Positions 1 through 10,073 are shown, counted from the stretch's first letter. The stretch is 25,787 nt of DNA from a virus (IMGVR_UViG_3300033516_000035:1-25787), one strand, 5' to 3'. The notes: a model not told the origin generated them from the letters alone. A program made the numbers and translations.

Positions 1-1
1 C

Positions 2-1267
2 GAAGCTTATTATGATGTAAATTCATTAGAACTTGGTCAATCACCAAAAACATTAGTTAGAGTTATCGATGTTAAAAATGATACTACAAATCAAAATTGG
101 AAATATTTAACAACTGATGGTCCAATTAAGATAAATACTGATAATAATGATTATCAAACAACATCTTATTCACAAATTGATGAATATGTTACAGAATATA
201 AAGGAATGAAAATTAAACCATTCAAAATGAGTTTAGATTCAATTCCAAATGGAACAGATGAACGTCAAAATGAGATATTATCTGTAATTGATAAATCAAC
301 AAATTTATTTAAAGCTTTGGCTAATAAAAACAAAATTCAGTGGAGATATTTAATTGATTCATTTGGATTAGGTTTAAATTCTAATGCTTATCCTGGTGGA
401 TCTAAACAACAATTGGTAGATTTATGTGGAAAGAAAATGAATTGTTTAGGATTTATTAGTATGCCAAGTTTAAGAGATTTTAAAAATTCATCAAATCCAA
501 GTTTTGTTAATGATGATGGAACTGTTAATTTAGAATTCATATCAAAAGGTGGAGATGAGGATAAAAATCCAAATTATTTATATCAATTTGGCGATGTTTC
601 AACAGATGGTGTTAATAAAATTAATGGTCCAGCTTGTGTTGGATATTTCTTCCCATATGTTAGAATTGATGATAATGGTATTCCTAAATGGGTTCCACCA
701 GCAGCGTATGCAGCAACTACTTATATGAGAAAATTTGTTATTGGATCACAACCTTGGACAATAGCAGCAGGTTCTGAAAGAGGTCGTATTGATGGAATTG
801 GTGGTGTTGAAATTGATTTTAATGAAACTGATTTAGAATATTTATATCAAATGGGTGCAAATCCTTTTGTAAAAACTCCATCTGGTGTATATTATATCAA
901 TAGTGAAAGTACTGCACAAGTATTCCCATATAGTTCATTGAGTATAATACATTCAAGAGAAGTATTAATTGAAATTGAAAATGAAATATACAATATGTTA
1001 TTATCATATCATTGGAAATTTAATACTCCTGAAAATAGAGCTGAAATAAAATATAAAGCTGATGAAATTTGTAAATCTTATTTAGATGCTGGTGCATTAT
1101 ATGATTTTAGAAATGTTTGTGATGATACAAATAATACTGATTATATAATTGATCTACAAATTGGAGTATTAGATACTTATTTGGAAATTGTAAAAGGTAT
1201 GGGTATTATTATTAATAATATTACAATCCTTAAAAAAGGTGCAATTCAAAGTGGTGGATTTCAATAA
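2..1267 (+). CDS. Contractile tail sheath protein, C-terminal part (5'-truncated by the window)
   Basis: The frame is open from position 2 through the listed ATG at 206. It carries sheath C-terminal motifs (YFFPYV, VPPAAY, PWTIAAGSERG, GANP, LSIIHSREVL, F.NVCDDTNNT, IGVLDTYLE) and lies upstream of a tube-like gene. Confidence 0.9.
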   Translation, partial: EAYYDVNSLELGQSPKTLVRVIDVKNDTTNQNWKYLTTDGPIKINTDNNDYQTTSYSQIDEYVTEYKGMKIKPFKMSLDSIPNGTDERQNEILSVIDKSTNLFKALANKNKIQWRYLIDSFGLGLNSNAYPGGSKQQLVDLCGKKMNCLGFISMPSLRDFKNSSNPSFVNDDGTVNLEFISKGGDEDKNPNYLYQFGDVSTDGVNKINGPACVGYFFPYVRIDDNGIPKWVPPAAYAATTYMRKFVIGSQPWTIAAGSERGRIDGIGGVEIDFNETDLEYLYQMGANPFVKTPSGVYYINSESTAQVFPYSSLSIIHSREVLIEIENEIYNMLLSYHWKFNTPENRAEIKYKADEICKSYLDAGALYDFRNVCDDTNNTDYIIDLQIGVLDTYLEIVKGMGIIINNITILKKGAIQSGGFQ

Positions 1268-1284
1268 AATTTATCAAATATAAT

Positions 1285-1315
1285 AAAAATCCCAAAAGAA
1301 ATTTTGGGATTTTTT
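1285..1315. terminator. Intrinsic terminator, probably bidirectional, between convergent genes
   Basis: AAAAATCCCAAAA-GAAA-TTTTGGGATTTTTT: 13-bp stem with GAAA loop, A-tract before and T-tract after. Confidence 0.85.
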
Positions 1316-1317
1316 AT

Positions 1318-1734
1318 TTATAATTTTTTTCCAATAGAATTTGCTAATATTTTAGATTTTTTAGATATGTTTTGCAAACCTCTACCTTTACCTTTTTCAT
1401 ATGGAATTTCAATTCCAAGTTCTGTATATTGTTTAGATGTAATATCTAATATAGTATTATTTTCTTTATTAAATAAGAAATAATGTGGTCCATCATCAAA
1501 ATCTTCTTTTGAAATTCTTTTTAGTGTCCAAAAATCTTTTCCACCAAATAATCTATATATAACTTCGCTTGCATAAAAACAAAATCCAGTTTCATCAATT
1601 TTTGTTTCTTTTGATTTTTCTAACCATATATCATCCAATACTTGCAATTTAACATCATCATCTTTAAATGCATTTTTTAAATCATCAATAACTGAATATA
1701 ATTCTAAATAATTAATTTTTTCCATTTTCATCAT
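1318..1734 (-). CDS. Hypothetical protein with possible papain/transglutaminase-like Cys-His-Asp triad
   Basis: 138-aa ORF with GFCFYASE ... GPHYFL ... ILDITSKQY. Overlaps the upstream gene by 23 nt. Confidence 0.6.
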   Translation of the reverse strand: MMKMEKINYLELYSVIDDLKNAFKDDDVKLQVLDDIWLEKSKETKIDETGFCFYASEVIYRLFGGKDFWTLKRISKEDFDDGPHYFLFNKENNTILDITSKQYTELGIEIPYEKGKGRGLQNISKKSKILANSIGKKL

Positions 1735-2572
1735 TATTTTTTATAAAAGTAAAAACATTATTTCCTAAATTAAAAACTTTAACATATCCATTATTTCTCA
1801 TATTATTATGAGCACTAACAGATGGATCAAAATTTTCTAATTTTTTATCTAATTCATTTTTCCAAAATCCTCTTCTATGATATATTAAATTTGTTTTTGG
1901 ATAATACCAATTAAAACCAGGTCCAGTATCTTCGTTTCTAATAAATCCTAATTTTTCATAAAAATTCCCACCACCAATCATCATATCTGAATATGATATT
2001 ACTGAATTGAATGTATAATTATTTATAAAATGTTTAAATATTTTAGTTGCACCACCAGATATTTTATATCCAGATTTACTACAATATCTCGCTAATTCAA
2101 TATCATAATTTTTAGAAAATCTTGGAACACTAAAACTCATTAATGATACTAATTCATTATTATGATATAAACCCAATTTTATTTTTGCTGCAACATAACC
2201 TTGTAGATGGTATTTTTTTAAAAATGATTTATATTCATCATTTGGAATTTCTTTAACTTCGCATTTTCTGGCATGAATTGAACAATTTGAAATATTGAAT
2301 TTATATAAAAATCTATTCCAATATATATCATAATTTTTTGACAATTCTGGTTGAAATATAAATAATGAATCAATTTTCAATTCATCTAATTTTTTCCTTA
2401 TATTATATAAGAATTTTATATTTATTGTTTTTTCATTGTATATGTTTGGATTTATTATAAATATTAAATAATTATATTCTTTAAAATAGAATTCAAATGT
2501 AATATCATCCAATATAAGATTTTCATATTTTATATTTAAATTATTTAAATCATCTTTAAATTTTTCTATCAT
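1712..2572 (-). CDS. Hef-like homing-endonuclease-family protein: degenerate Vsr/DUF559-like N-domain plus GNAT (Mom-like) C-domain
   Basis: C-domain motifs ARKCEVKEI, FL..YHLQG, LGLY...ELVSLMSF, ELARYC, GGATKIFK.F, ISYSD, YEKLGF are typical of phage Hef-like proteins. Confidence 0.75.
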   Translation of the reverse strand: MIEKFKDDLNNLNIKYENLILDDITFEFYFKEYNYLIFIINPNIYNEKTINIKFLYNIRKKLDELKIDSLFIFQPELSKNYDIYWNRFLYKFNISNCSIHARKCEVKEIPNDEYKSFLKKYHLQGYVAAKIKLGLYHNNELVSLMSFSVPRFSKNYDIELARYCSKSGYKISGGATKIFKHFINNYTFNSVISYSDMMIGGGNFYEKLGFIRNEDTGPGFNWYYPKTNLIYHRRGFWKNELDKKLENFDPSVSAHNNMRNNGYVKVFNLGNNVFTFIKNNDENGKN

Positions 2573-2716
2573 TTTTAAGTTTTTTAATTTATATATAATT
2601 AAAACTTGGTTTTTAATTTTTCAAAGATATAAAATCTTTTTAAGATAAAAAATCAAAAAATGATAAAAAATCAAAAATATATATTAATATATAATAGAAA
2701 AAATAATTTAAAGATT

Positions 2717-3286
2717 ATGTTAGCACATTTTTCAAATGTTAATACAAGCACAAATAAATATGAAATTTTATATGGAAATCTATTTGAAGTAACAGTAATA
2801 TTACCAACATTAGTTGCAGCAATACATGCTAACGCTACACCAAGAGTAGAAACTTTATTATTGGAAAACATAACAAATGCAAAATTTCCAACATATCCAG
2901 AGTTACAAAAAATTCAACAAAGATTTAAATATTCTACAAGACAATTCTTGGGAACACCAGATTCAACATCTGCTGATTTTGATTTAAATTTAAATTTAAA
3001 TCAAAATGAAAACAATCAAGTATTTTGTTGGAGAGTTTTAAAAGATTGGTATGATTTAGGATGGAATAATGAGGATGGATCACTACATTATAAAAGAAAT
3101 ATGTTAGGTGATGTTATAGTTCATCATCATGATAAAGAAGGTCATATCATTAGACGTGTAGTTTATCATAATGTTCAAATGACTAAAATTTCAGGTTGGG
3201 AAGATTTAGATTTTTCTAAGGGTTCAGAAACATTCACATTAACTGTAGGATTTGTTTGTGATTGGTTTGAAGATTTCTACTACTAA
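2717..3286 (+). CDS. Tail tube protein (T4 gp19-like); start moved from 2660 to 2717
   Basis: About 189 aa downstream of the sheath, with NLFEV, LKDWYDL, YKR, LDF and F.CDWFE patterns. An ATATATA promoter-like motif at 2687-2693 lies inside the 2660 extension, which favours ATG 2717. Confidence 0.8.
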   Translation: MLAHFSNVNTSTNKYEILYGNLFEVTVILPTLVAAIHANATPRVETLLLENITNAKFPTYPELQKIQQRFKYSTRQFLGTPDSTSADFDLNLNLNQNENNQVFCWRVLKDWYDLGWNNEDGSLHYKRNMLGDVIVHHHDKEGHIIRRVVYHNVQMTKISGWEDLDFSKGSETFTLTVGFVCDWFEDFYY

Positions 3287-3307
3287 GTTATTGATAATAA
3301 GACATTT

Positions 3308-3339
3308 AAAAAAATCATCAAGAAATTGATGATTTTTTT
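3308..3339 (+). terminator. Intrinsic terminator after tail tube
   Basis: AAAAAAATCATCAA-GAAA-TTGATGATTTTTTT perfect inverted repeat. Confidence 0.85.
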
Positions 3340-3442
3340 GTTTTAATGTTTATTCTTTTTTCAGATTTTATTCTTCCAAAAATAAAAATTATTTTTTCTT
3401 TGGCTATAAATTGTTAAATATATAAAATAAAAAAATAACAAT

Positions 3443-4399
3443 ATGGCTAAGAAACAATCAGAAGAATATTTAAATAAATTTATTGGAGAGCAAACATCTC
3501 ATTTATCTGATATTAATGAAAATATAACTGATATTAGAGATAATATTATAAACAATAGTAATATAGAAAATAAAAATACACTTGGATATTTGACAATTGA
3601 TATGTCATTAATTCCAGGTAGTATTTTTTATAAAACTGGAACACAAATAAAAATTAGAGCAGCAACAGTTTCTGAAGTTCAAGCATATTCAGTGGTGAAT
3701 AATAATTCTGAATATGATATCACAGAAAAAATGAACCAAATTTTATCATCATGTATTAAAGTTATTTATAGTAATGGTAATGTTGGATCATATAGAGATA
3801 TTAAAGATTGTGATAGAATGGTATTAATTTTTATGATTAGAGAATTAACATTCCAACAAGGAAATACTTTGGCAAAAGATGTTAAATGTAAATCATGTGG
3901 TCACGAATTTAAAATTCATTATAGAGCAACTAAAAATGACCAATTTGATAGATCATTTGAATTTTATGAATTGGATCCAAAATTGGAAAAATATTTTGAC
4001 AAAGAAACAAGAACAATAAAAATAAAAATTGGTGAAATTGAATATAGATTATCTCCACCAACAATTGGATTACAGGAATCATTTTTTACTGAATTGAAAA
4101 GATTGGCAGCAGCAGAAAAAATTCCAAATGTTTCATTTATGAAAATTCAACCATATTTATTATATGATAGAAATTCAATAACAGAAGATGGATTGATTAA
4201 AAAGGAAGATGAATTTAAAAATATGAACATGGAAACATTTCAAGTATTAAATGCGGTAGTAGATAAGATGAAATTTGGAGTTAAAAATTTAAAAAATAAT
4301 TGTCCTAAGTGTGGTGAGGAGGTCCACACTTTAATGAGCTTTCCCAGAGGTGCATCATCTATTTTCACTATTTCAGATCCATTGGAATACCTTGACTAA
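3443..4399 (+). CDS. T4 gp26-like baseplate hub / tail assembly chaperone
   Basis: IKIRAATVSE, DR..LIF.IRELT, two CxxC pairs (CKSC, CPKC) and SPPTIG. Position directly after the tube gene. Confidence 0.65.
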   Translation: MAKKQSEEYLNKFIGEQTSHLSDINENITDIRDNIINNSNIENKNTLGYLTIDMSLIPGSIFYKTGTQIKIRAATVSEVQAYSVVNNNSEYDITEKMNQILSSCIKVIYSNGNVGSYRDIKDCDRMVLIFMIRELTFQQGNTLAKDVKCKSCGHEFKIHYRATKNDQFDRSFEFYELDPKLEKYFDKETRTIKIKIGEIEYRLSPPTIGLQESFFTELKRLAAAEKIPNVSFMKIQPYLLYDRNSITEDGLIKKEDEFKNMNMETFQVLNAVVDKMKFGVKNLKNNCPKCGEEVHTLMSFPRGASSIFTISDPLEYLD

Positions 4400-4631
4400 A
4401 AATAAATTTGAATTTTTAGATCAAAAAAACCAACACCCAAATTCATGGGATAATTTACCATATTATGAATTTGAAGAATATGTTAAATTATTAAATCAAA
4501 GGAATAAAGAAATAAATGAAGAAAGGAAAAAACAAGATACTCAACAACAATCTAATATTCCAAACATGAACTCATTTAAACCAAGCAATTTTAAAACACC
4601 AGTGTTCAAAACACCAAATTTTAAAAGATAA
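4350..4631 (+). CDS. Small tail/baseplate assembly chaperone-like ORF; start uncertain, possibly the frameshift extension of the upstream gene
   Basis: WDNLPYYEFEEYVKLL resembles the small ORFs that follow gp26/gp51-like genes. Only GTG (4350) or TTG (4392) starts are available, and it overlaps the upstream gene by up to 50 nt in the +1 frame. Confidence 0.6.
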   Translation: MHHLFSLFQIHWNTLTKNKFEFLDQKNQHPNSWDNLPYYEFEEYVKLLNQRNKEINEERKKQDTQQQSNIPNMNSFKPSNFKTPVFKTPNFKR

Positions 4632-4634
4632 AAT

Positions 4635-4667
4635 AAAAACCACAAAATTTAAATTTTGTGGTTTTTT
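4635..4667 (+). terminator. Intrinsic terminator
   Basis: Perfect palindrome AAAAACCACAAAATTT/AAATTTTGTGGTTTTT followed by more T. Confidence 0.85.
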
Positions 4668-4700
4668 GTTTTTTATATATACAAATAAAAAAAATTAAAT

Positions 4701-5570
4701 ATGAATTCAATTCATTTCTTTGATTTAGATGATACATTATGGGAAATAGATAATAATATTTGGATAATAGATAAAAATAAACCAGAATTATTCATTTTAA
4801 AAATATCCAAAAATGAATATTCAATGATTAAACATAATTTTTTTAGAAAAGATGGATTTAAAATTGAATATAATGGAGAAATAAATTATATAAGTAAAGA
4901 ATTATTTGATAAAATACAAAAAACAAAAATAATTCCAATTGAAAATATTGGAATATCTTTAATTGAATTATCAAATAAAGAATATTTAGAAAATTCTAAA
5001 TTAAAAATTCTAATAAATAACATCAATCATTTGGTTGGAAAAACAGATAAAATTTGTTTATTAACTGGAAGATGTGATAGAAAAAAACATGAAAATTTAT
5101 TAAATCTTTTAAGATTGAAATTAAAAGAAAAAGAATTAGAAATATTTAAAATTTATTTTGTTGGAAAACAATTTAAATACTTTTCAGATTCAAAAATATC
5201 TTATAATAAATTAATTATAATATTGGAACATTTAATTGGTGTTAAAATAGAAGATAATAAATTCATATCTAAAAAACAAGATAGTTTTGAAACTGTTTAT
5301 TTTTATGATGATTTAATTCAAAATATTGAAATGTGTCATGATATTCAAAATATATTTGATGATATTTTTAGAAATACTAATGATGATTATTTGAAAAAGA
5401 TAATATTGGAAAGAATTGAAAAAAATAATCTCAAACTTATATTAAATTTAGTTGGAAGCAATCATTTAAATAAATTTAAAACAAATATATTAAATATAAA
5501 AAAACCTAAATATTTTCCTATAAAAGAAAGTCTAAAATATATTAAAAATTTTAATTCATTTTTAAAATAA
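4701..5570 (+). CDS. HAD-superfamily phosphatase-like protein
   Basis: Motif I FFDLDDTLW, motif II LLTGR, motif IV FYDD...N. Confidence 0.7.
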   Translation: MNSIHFFDLDDTLWEIDNNIWIIDKNKPELFILKISKNEYSMIKHNFFRKDGFKIEYNGEINYISKELFDKIQKTKIIPIENIGISLIELSNKEYLENSKLKILINNINHLVGKTDKICLLTGRCDRKKHENLLNLLRLKLKEKELEIFKIYFVGKQFKYFSDSKISYNKLIIILEHLIGVKIEDNKFISKKQDSFETVYFYDDLIQNIEMCHDIQNIFDDIFRNTNDDYLKKIILERIEKNNLKLILNLVGSNHLNKFKTNILNIKKPKYFPIKESLKYIKNFNSFLK

Positions 5571-5612
5571 TTTTCAACCCATTAATTTTTAATATATAAA
5601 ATAAAAAATTTA

Positions 5613-8600
5613 ATGGCAAAGGAAACTTTAAAATTAGGAATAACAAATACTATTAAAGTAGATATAGATGAAATAATTAATAATTTTAAAACTACATTAT
5701 ATGATTTAAATAAATTAAATCCAAAAGAAAAACAAGCATTATTAGATGAATTACCAGATAAAAAAGGAAATTCAAAAAAATCTAAAATAAAATCATCTGG
5801 TGGATTGGATAGTTTATTAGATGCATTTATTAGATTTTTTTATAAAATATTTGGATTCTATGTTGAAAAATTTTTAATGTTAATATCTGATGTATTTGTT
5901 ACATTAATAAATAATTATCTTTTAAATGTTGATTTCCTAAAAGGAAAGATACCAAATGGTGAAGGAAATCCAACACCAATGTCAAATTTAATATATTCAT
6001 CTGTTTTATCGAGCAATCCTGCAACTTTAACACTTGGAATTGCTACACAATTAGCCTCAATATTAAATACTATAAAGAAAATTAGAAATTTATTTAAAAA
6101 TATAATTCAACCAGTTATTCAATTTTTAACAAAAACAAGAACATTTATAATTGAAAAATTATTGGGTGATGTTTTTAAAAATTTAACAATACCATTTCCA
6201 AATTTACCATTTGGATTTTTAGGAATTCAACTACCAGGATTGGATCAAAATAATTTATTTGAAACAATTTTTAAATTACCAGAATTAAATATTGATATAA
6301 AAAAATTCAAAGATTTAAAATCAATTATAACAGAATTAAATAAATTATATCCAGATTTAAAATTAAAATCAACTGAATTGAATATTGAACCAAATATAGA
6401 TTTATCTGATGTTGAATTTTATCAAAAATTACAAAGAGATCCAATATTTCAAAGATTTTATGTGAATAAAATAAATGAATTTAATAGGACACCAGAATTT
6501 TATAAAGAGAATTTTAGAAATTCAGATAATAGAAAAGATTTAGAATCATTATCAAAACCAGATGTGAATGGTATTTATACTTACACATTCGATTTTTTAA
6601 AGAATTTTAAATTAAATGATGAAAAGATTGTTATAAATGGAAAAGAAGAAAATATAAAAGGATTGTTATCATTTTTCGAAGAATCTAATTTAATATACGA
6701 TAAAAATTTCATACAAACATTTTTCAATTATCTTAAATCATTAGCACCAAGTGGATATATTAAAAAAGATGAAATATTATCATATCAAAATATTCCAAAT
6801 AATTTAAGAGAAAAAATAAACAATTATGATTTTAATACTAAAAAATTGGTATTTGATTCATCAAATTCAATATCAAATTCCAGTGTAATTGATGTGGATG
6901 TTAGAACATTAAATAATGTATATAGTGGAAGAAATCCAAGAAAAAATGAATTAGAACAAGAAGATTTATATGAAAATTCATTGGAACAATATTCTATTGA
7001 TAATAAAATAAAAAATAATACAATAATTGGAAATTCAACTATTGGTTATTATTTAATTGTAAATAATTCAGTAGTTGCAAAAGGATTAAATATAGAAATT
7101 TTAATTAAAAATTATTTATATTATTTAAATTTGAATAATATTGGAGATGATATAATTATAGGTAATGATGAAATTGGATATTTTTTTATTCAAAAAAAAT
7201 CAGTATATTTATCCGCAAATACATATATTGAATTAATGGAAAATTATATATCATTGGAAGATAATGGTGTGTATATAAGTGGAAGTGAAAAACTTGGAGT
7301 TGTTTATTTATATAAAGATGGTCAAATTATTTCTTCTGGAAAAACAATAAATGAATTAAAAACATATGAAAATATATTTGATTTATTGTTATTTGATTAT
7401 AATTTTAATACTGATAAGAATAATTTAATTGAGGTTTTGAAAAAAACATATGAATATAATTTTTGGAATACTGAAACATTTAATGGAAAGCCAATATTAT
7501 ACAAAAATGGTGAAAATATAAATGAAAAATTATCATTTGAAAAGGTTGAATATTTAATAACCTCATATAATTATAAATTGTTTAAATTAAATTTTTGGAA
7601 TTTAATTCCAGATGATAAACTAAAATATTTTAATTCATATAATAAATATGAATATAAAAAATATATTCTTAATTTTGAGGAAGTTGAAGAAGAAGTTGAT
7701 GAATATATTGATGGATTAACTACAAATGTGTTTGATATTATTAGATTATCAAATGATAGAATAAATGAAAAAGAAATAATTGGAATAATATCTGATAATA
7801 AATTTAGAACGGCTGTTAATCTACCAAATTCAGAAAATAAAAAGATGTTTGGAGATAATTATGATTTAATATCTGGATTGCCAAATTTTAAAGCTTTATC
7901 TTTAATGGGATTAATTCCACTTTTAAAAACAAAAGATGCAAGAATATCATATTTAATAACAATAATGGAATTTTTAATGAATTTATTAATGTTTCCTATA
8001 AATATGCTTCTTGGTTATATTGAAAAAATGTTCAATATTGTTAAAAAATTAATAACATTAAATATTCCAGGTGCTTTAAAAGATGTTGCAGATTTATTGT
8101 TAAGTTTAGTTCCGACAATATCCTTATTTAAAAAAATAATAAAAGGATTAATGCTTCCTATCATTATTCCTTATATTAAAAATTTAAAAGAACAATTTAA
8201 AAAATTTTCAAATAATAAAGTAGATGATAATATAGAAGATTTATTTTCAAAAATGCTTGATCCAAATAATGGAAGTGGATATTTTGAAAAATATATTTTG
8301 GATTTTAAAGTTAATTTTGATTATTATCCAAATAAATCAAATTTTGATGGTTCTGATGACAATTTTGATGAGTTTAATCAGTTGGATGATATCTTAGATG
8401 ATATATTTAATGAACCTATTTTTGATGGTTTAAAATCATTTTTAAAATGGATTCCAAAAATATTAAAAGCTATAGTTTTATTTTTTGTTGATTTGATGAT
8501 TCCAATAGGAATAAAAGTATTAGATGATGTTGGAATTAAAACATATATATTAAAACCAGTGACAGATGTTTCTATATCTACAATAGAAGGAAATTTAAAA

Positions 8601-8624
8601 ATAAAATTAAATAAATTGCGTTAA
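5613..8624 (+). CDS. Large hypothetical protein (1003 aa) with amphipathic/hydrophobic helical N- and C-terminal regions; possible virion protein
   Basis: Long ORF with an upstream ATATATA motif, hydrophobic helical stretches at both ends and three internal ~38-aa repeats. Confidence 0.6.
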   Translation: MAKETLKLGITNTIKVDIDEIINNFKTTLYDLNKLNPKEKQALLDELPDKKGNSKKSKIKSSGGLDSLLDAFIRFFYKIFGFYVEKFLMLISDVFVTLINNYLLNVDFLKGKIPNGEGNPTPMSNLIYSSVLSSNPATLTLGIATQLASILNTIKKIRNLFKNIIQPVIQFLTKTRTFIIEKLLGDVFKNLTIPFPNLPFGFLGIQLPGLDQNNLFETIFKLPELNIDIKKFKDLKSIITELNKLYPDLKLKSTELNIEPNIDLSDVEFYQKLQRDPIFQRFYVNKINEFNRTPEFYKENFRNSDNRKDLESLSKPDVNGIYTYTFDFLKNFKLNDEKIVINGKEENIKGLLSFFEESNLIYDKNFIQTFFNYLKSLAPSGYIKKDEILSYQNIPNNLREKINNYDFNTKKLVFDSSNSISNSSVIDVDVRTLNNVYSGRNPRKNELEQEDLYENSLEQYSIDNKIKNNTIIGNSTIGYYLIVNNSVVAKGLNIEILIKNYLYYLNLNNIGDDIIIGNDEIGYFFIQKKSVYLSANTYIELMENYISLEDNGVYISGSEKLGVVYLYKDGQIISSGKTINELKTYENIFDLLLFDYNFNTDKNNLIEVLKKTYEYNFWNTETFNGKPILYKNGENINEKLSFEKVEYLITSYNYKLFKLNFWNLIPDDKLKYFNSYNKYEYKKYILNFEEVEEEVDEYIDGLTTNVFDIIRLSNDRINEKEIIGIISDNKFRTAVNLPNSENKKMFGDNYDLISGLPNFKALSLMGLIPLLKTKDARISYLITIMEFLMNLLMFPINMLLGYIEKMFNIVKKLITLNIPGALKDVADLLLSLVPTISLFKKIIKGLMLPIIIPYIKNLKEQFKKFSNNKVDDNIEDLFSKMLDPNNGSGYFEKYILDFKVNFDYYPNKSNFDGSDDNFDEFNQLDDILDDIFNEPIFDGLKSFLKWIPKILKAIVLFFVDLMIPIGIKVLDDVGIKTYILKPVTDVSISTIEGNLKIKLNKLR

Positions 8625-8726
8625 ATATTTTTATTTTTAAAAAATTATATTTATTATTGTAAAATAGATTATTTTAAAAACTTTTAAATCAAAATAAATA
8701 TAATAATAAAAAATCAATTACAACTT

Positions 8727-10040
8727 ATGAACAAAATTGAAAATATTTTAGAAAAAATTCAAAAAACATTATCATCAAATGCCAGAAATAAAGACTTATC
8801 TGATTTTAATTCATTACAATACTTTATTGAAAAATTTGGTTATTGGCCAAGTATTAGCAATTATGGTTCAAGTGATAATAAATTTATAGAATATAATAAA
8901 TTTATAGAATTATTAGATAAAACTTTTGTAGATAATAAAAAGGTTTTCAAAAAAACATATTATGATAAACAGAATAATGATTTTATTACACAAACATTAA
9001 TAGTTGAAATTAAAAATGAATATGTATTTTGTATAGATGTTTGTTTTTTATCTGATATAATATCTCTTGATGTTAAATCAAATTCTGAATTTAATGAAGA
9101 TTTAGTTGATGAATTTGATTATGTTGATGTAATTAAACAAACAATAAAAAATAAACCAAGAAATCCAGATGATAAATGTGTAATTTCTGATATTACAATT
9201 TTATCTCCAGTGGTTACTGAAGCTGAACTTATTAAAAAATTATTTAATATTGTAACCGAAAGTAGTTTTTATTTTGAAAATAAAACAATTTCAATTGAAA
9301 TGGTCGCAACATCCAGAGGTGAATTATACACAGAAGATTTTGTTTTGGATGAAAAATTTGTAAATTTGAACAATTATGATTTACATTATGGTGATGGATT
9401 TTTGGATTTTTATCAAGAATTAAAGAAAAAATTAAAGGAATCAACAAAAGGATTAGTATTATTACATGGTGAGCCAGGAACTGGAAAAACACATTTTATT
9501 AGGCAAATTATAAAAGATTTAACTACTGAAAATGTTAAAATATTATATTTTCCACCAACAATGGTTGATTCAATAATTGATCCAAGTTTTATTAATTTTA
9601 TTTCAAATTGGTCATCATCAAATGATGGTAAAAAAGGTGTTATATTAATAGAGGATGCAGAACCATTATTAGAAAGCAGACAAAATTCCAGAAATATTGG
9701 AATTACAAATTTACTTAATGTTACAGATGGTATTTTGAATGATATATTAAAAATACAAATAATTGCAACATTCAATACTAAATTGGAAAATTTAGATTCG
9801 GCTATTTTAAGAAGTGAAAGATTAATTGCAAGAAAAGAATTTAGCAAATTAACAAAAGAACAAATATATACTTTGATTGAAAAAATTGATGTTCCAAAAG
9901 AAAAAATTGATGATTTTTTAATTAAAAATAAAACATCATTTATGAGTTTGGCTGAAATATATTCTATAAAAAAGAACAATCAAATAATAGAACATACTGT
10001 TCTTAAAAAGGAACAAAATAAAGTTGGCTTTAAAAAATAA
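8727..10040 (+). CDS. AAA+ ATPase
   Basis: Walker A GEPGTGKT, Walker B ILIEDAE, LLNVTDG, ATFN and arginine-finger region AILRSERL. Ends in VGF. Confidence 0.9.
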   Translation: MNKIENILEKIQKTLSSNARNKDLSDFNSLQYFIEKFGYWPSISNYGSSDNKFIEYNKFIELLDKTFVDNKKVFKKTYYDKQNNDFITQTLIVEIKNEYVFCIDVCFLSDIISLDVKSNSEFNEDLVDEFDYVDVIKQTIKNKPRNPDDKCVISDITILSPVVTEAELIKKLFNIVTESSFYFENKTISIEMVATSRGELYTEDFVLDEKFVNLNNYDLHYGDGFLDFYQELKKKLKESTKGLVLLHGEPGTGKTHFIRQIIKDLTTENVKILYFPPTMVDSIIDPSFINFISNWSSSNDGKKGVILIEDAEPLLESRQNSRNIGITNLLNVTDGILNDILKIQIIATFNTKLENLDSAILRSERLIARKEFSKLTKEQIYTLIEKIDVPKEKIDDFLIKNKTSFMSLAEIYSIKKNNQIIEHTVLKKEQNKVGFKK

Positions 10041-10046
10041 AAATAG

Positions 10047-10073
10047 AAATCCAGAAGAAATTCTGGATTTTTT
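10047..10073 (+). terminator. Intrinsic terminator
   Basis: AAATCCAGAA-GAAA-TTCTGGATTT then TTTGTTTT. Confidence 0.85.

Noticed and set aside
2644-2679. Two-copy 18-bp direct repeat GATAAAAAATCAAAAA.. upstream of the tube gene
   Set aside because: Low complexity with only two copies. Cannot be distinguished from slippage.
2660-2716. N-terminal extension of the tail tube ORF
   Set aside because: Contains the promoter-like motif and A-rich UTR. ATG 2717 is the more plausible start.
5613-8624. Tape measure protein call for the 1003-aa ORF
   Set aside because: Lacks the Ala/Gly-rich periodic helical character across its length and is separated from the chaperone genes by a terminator and another gene. 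Left as hypothetical.
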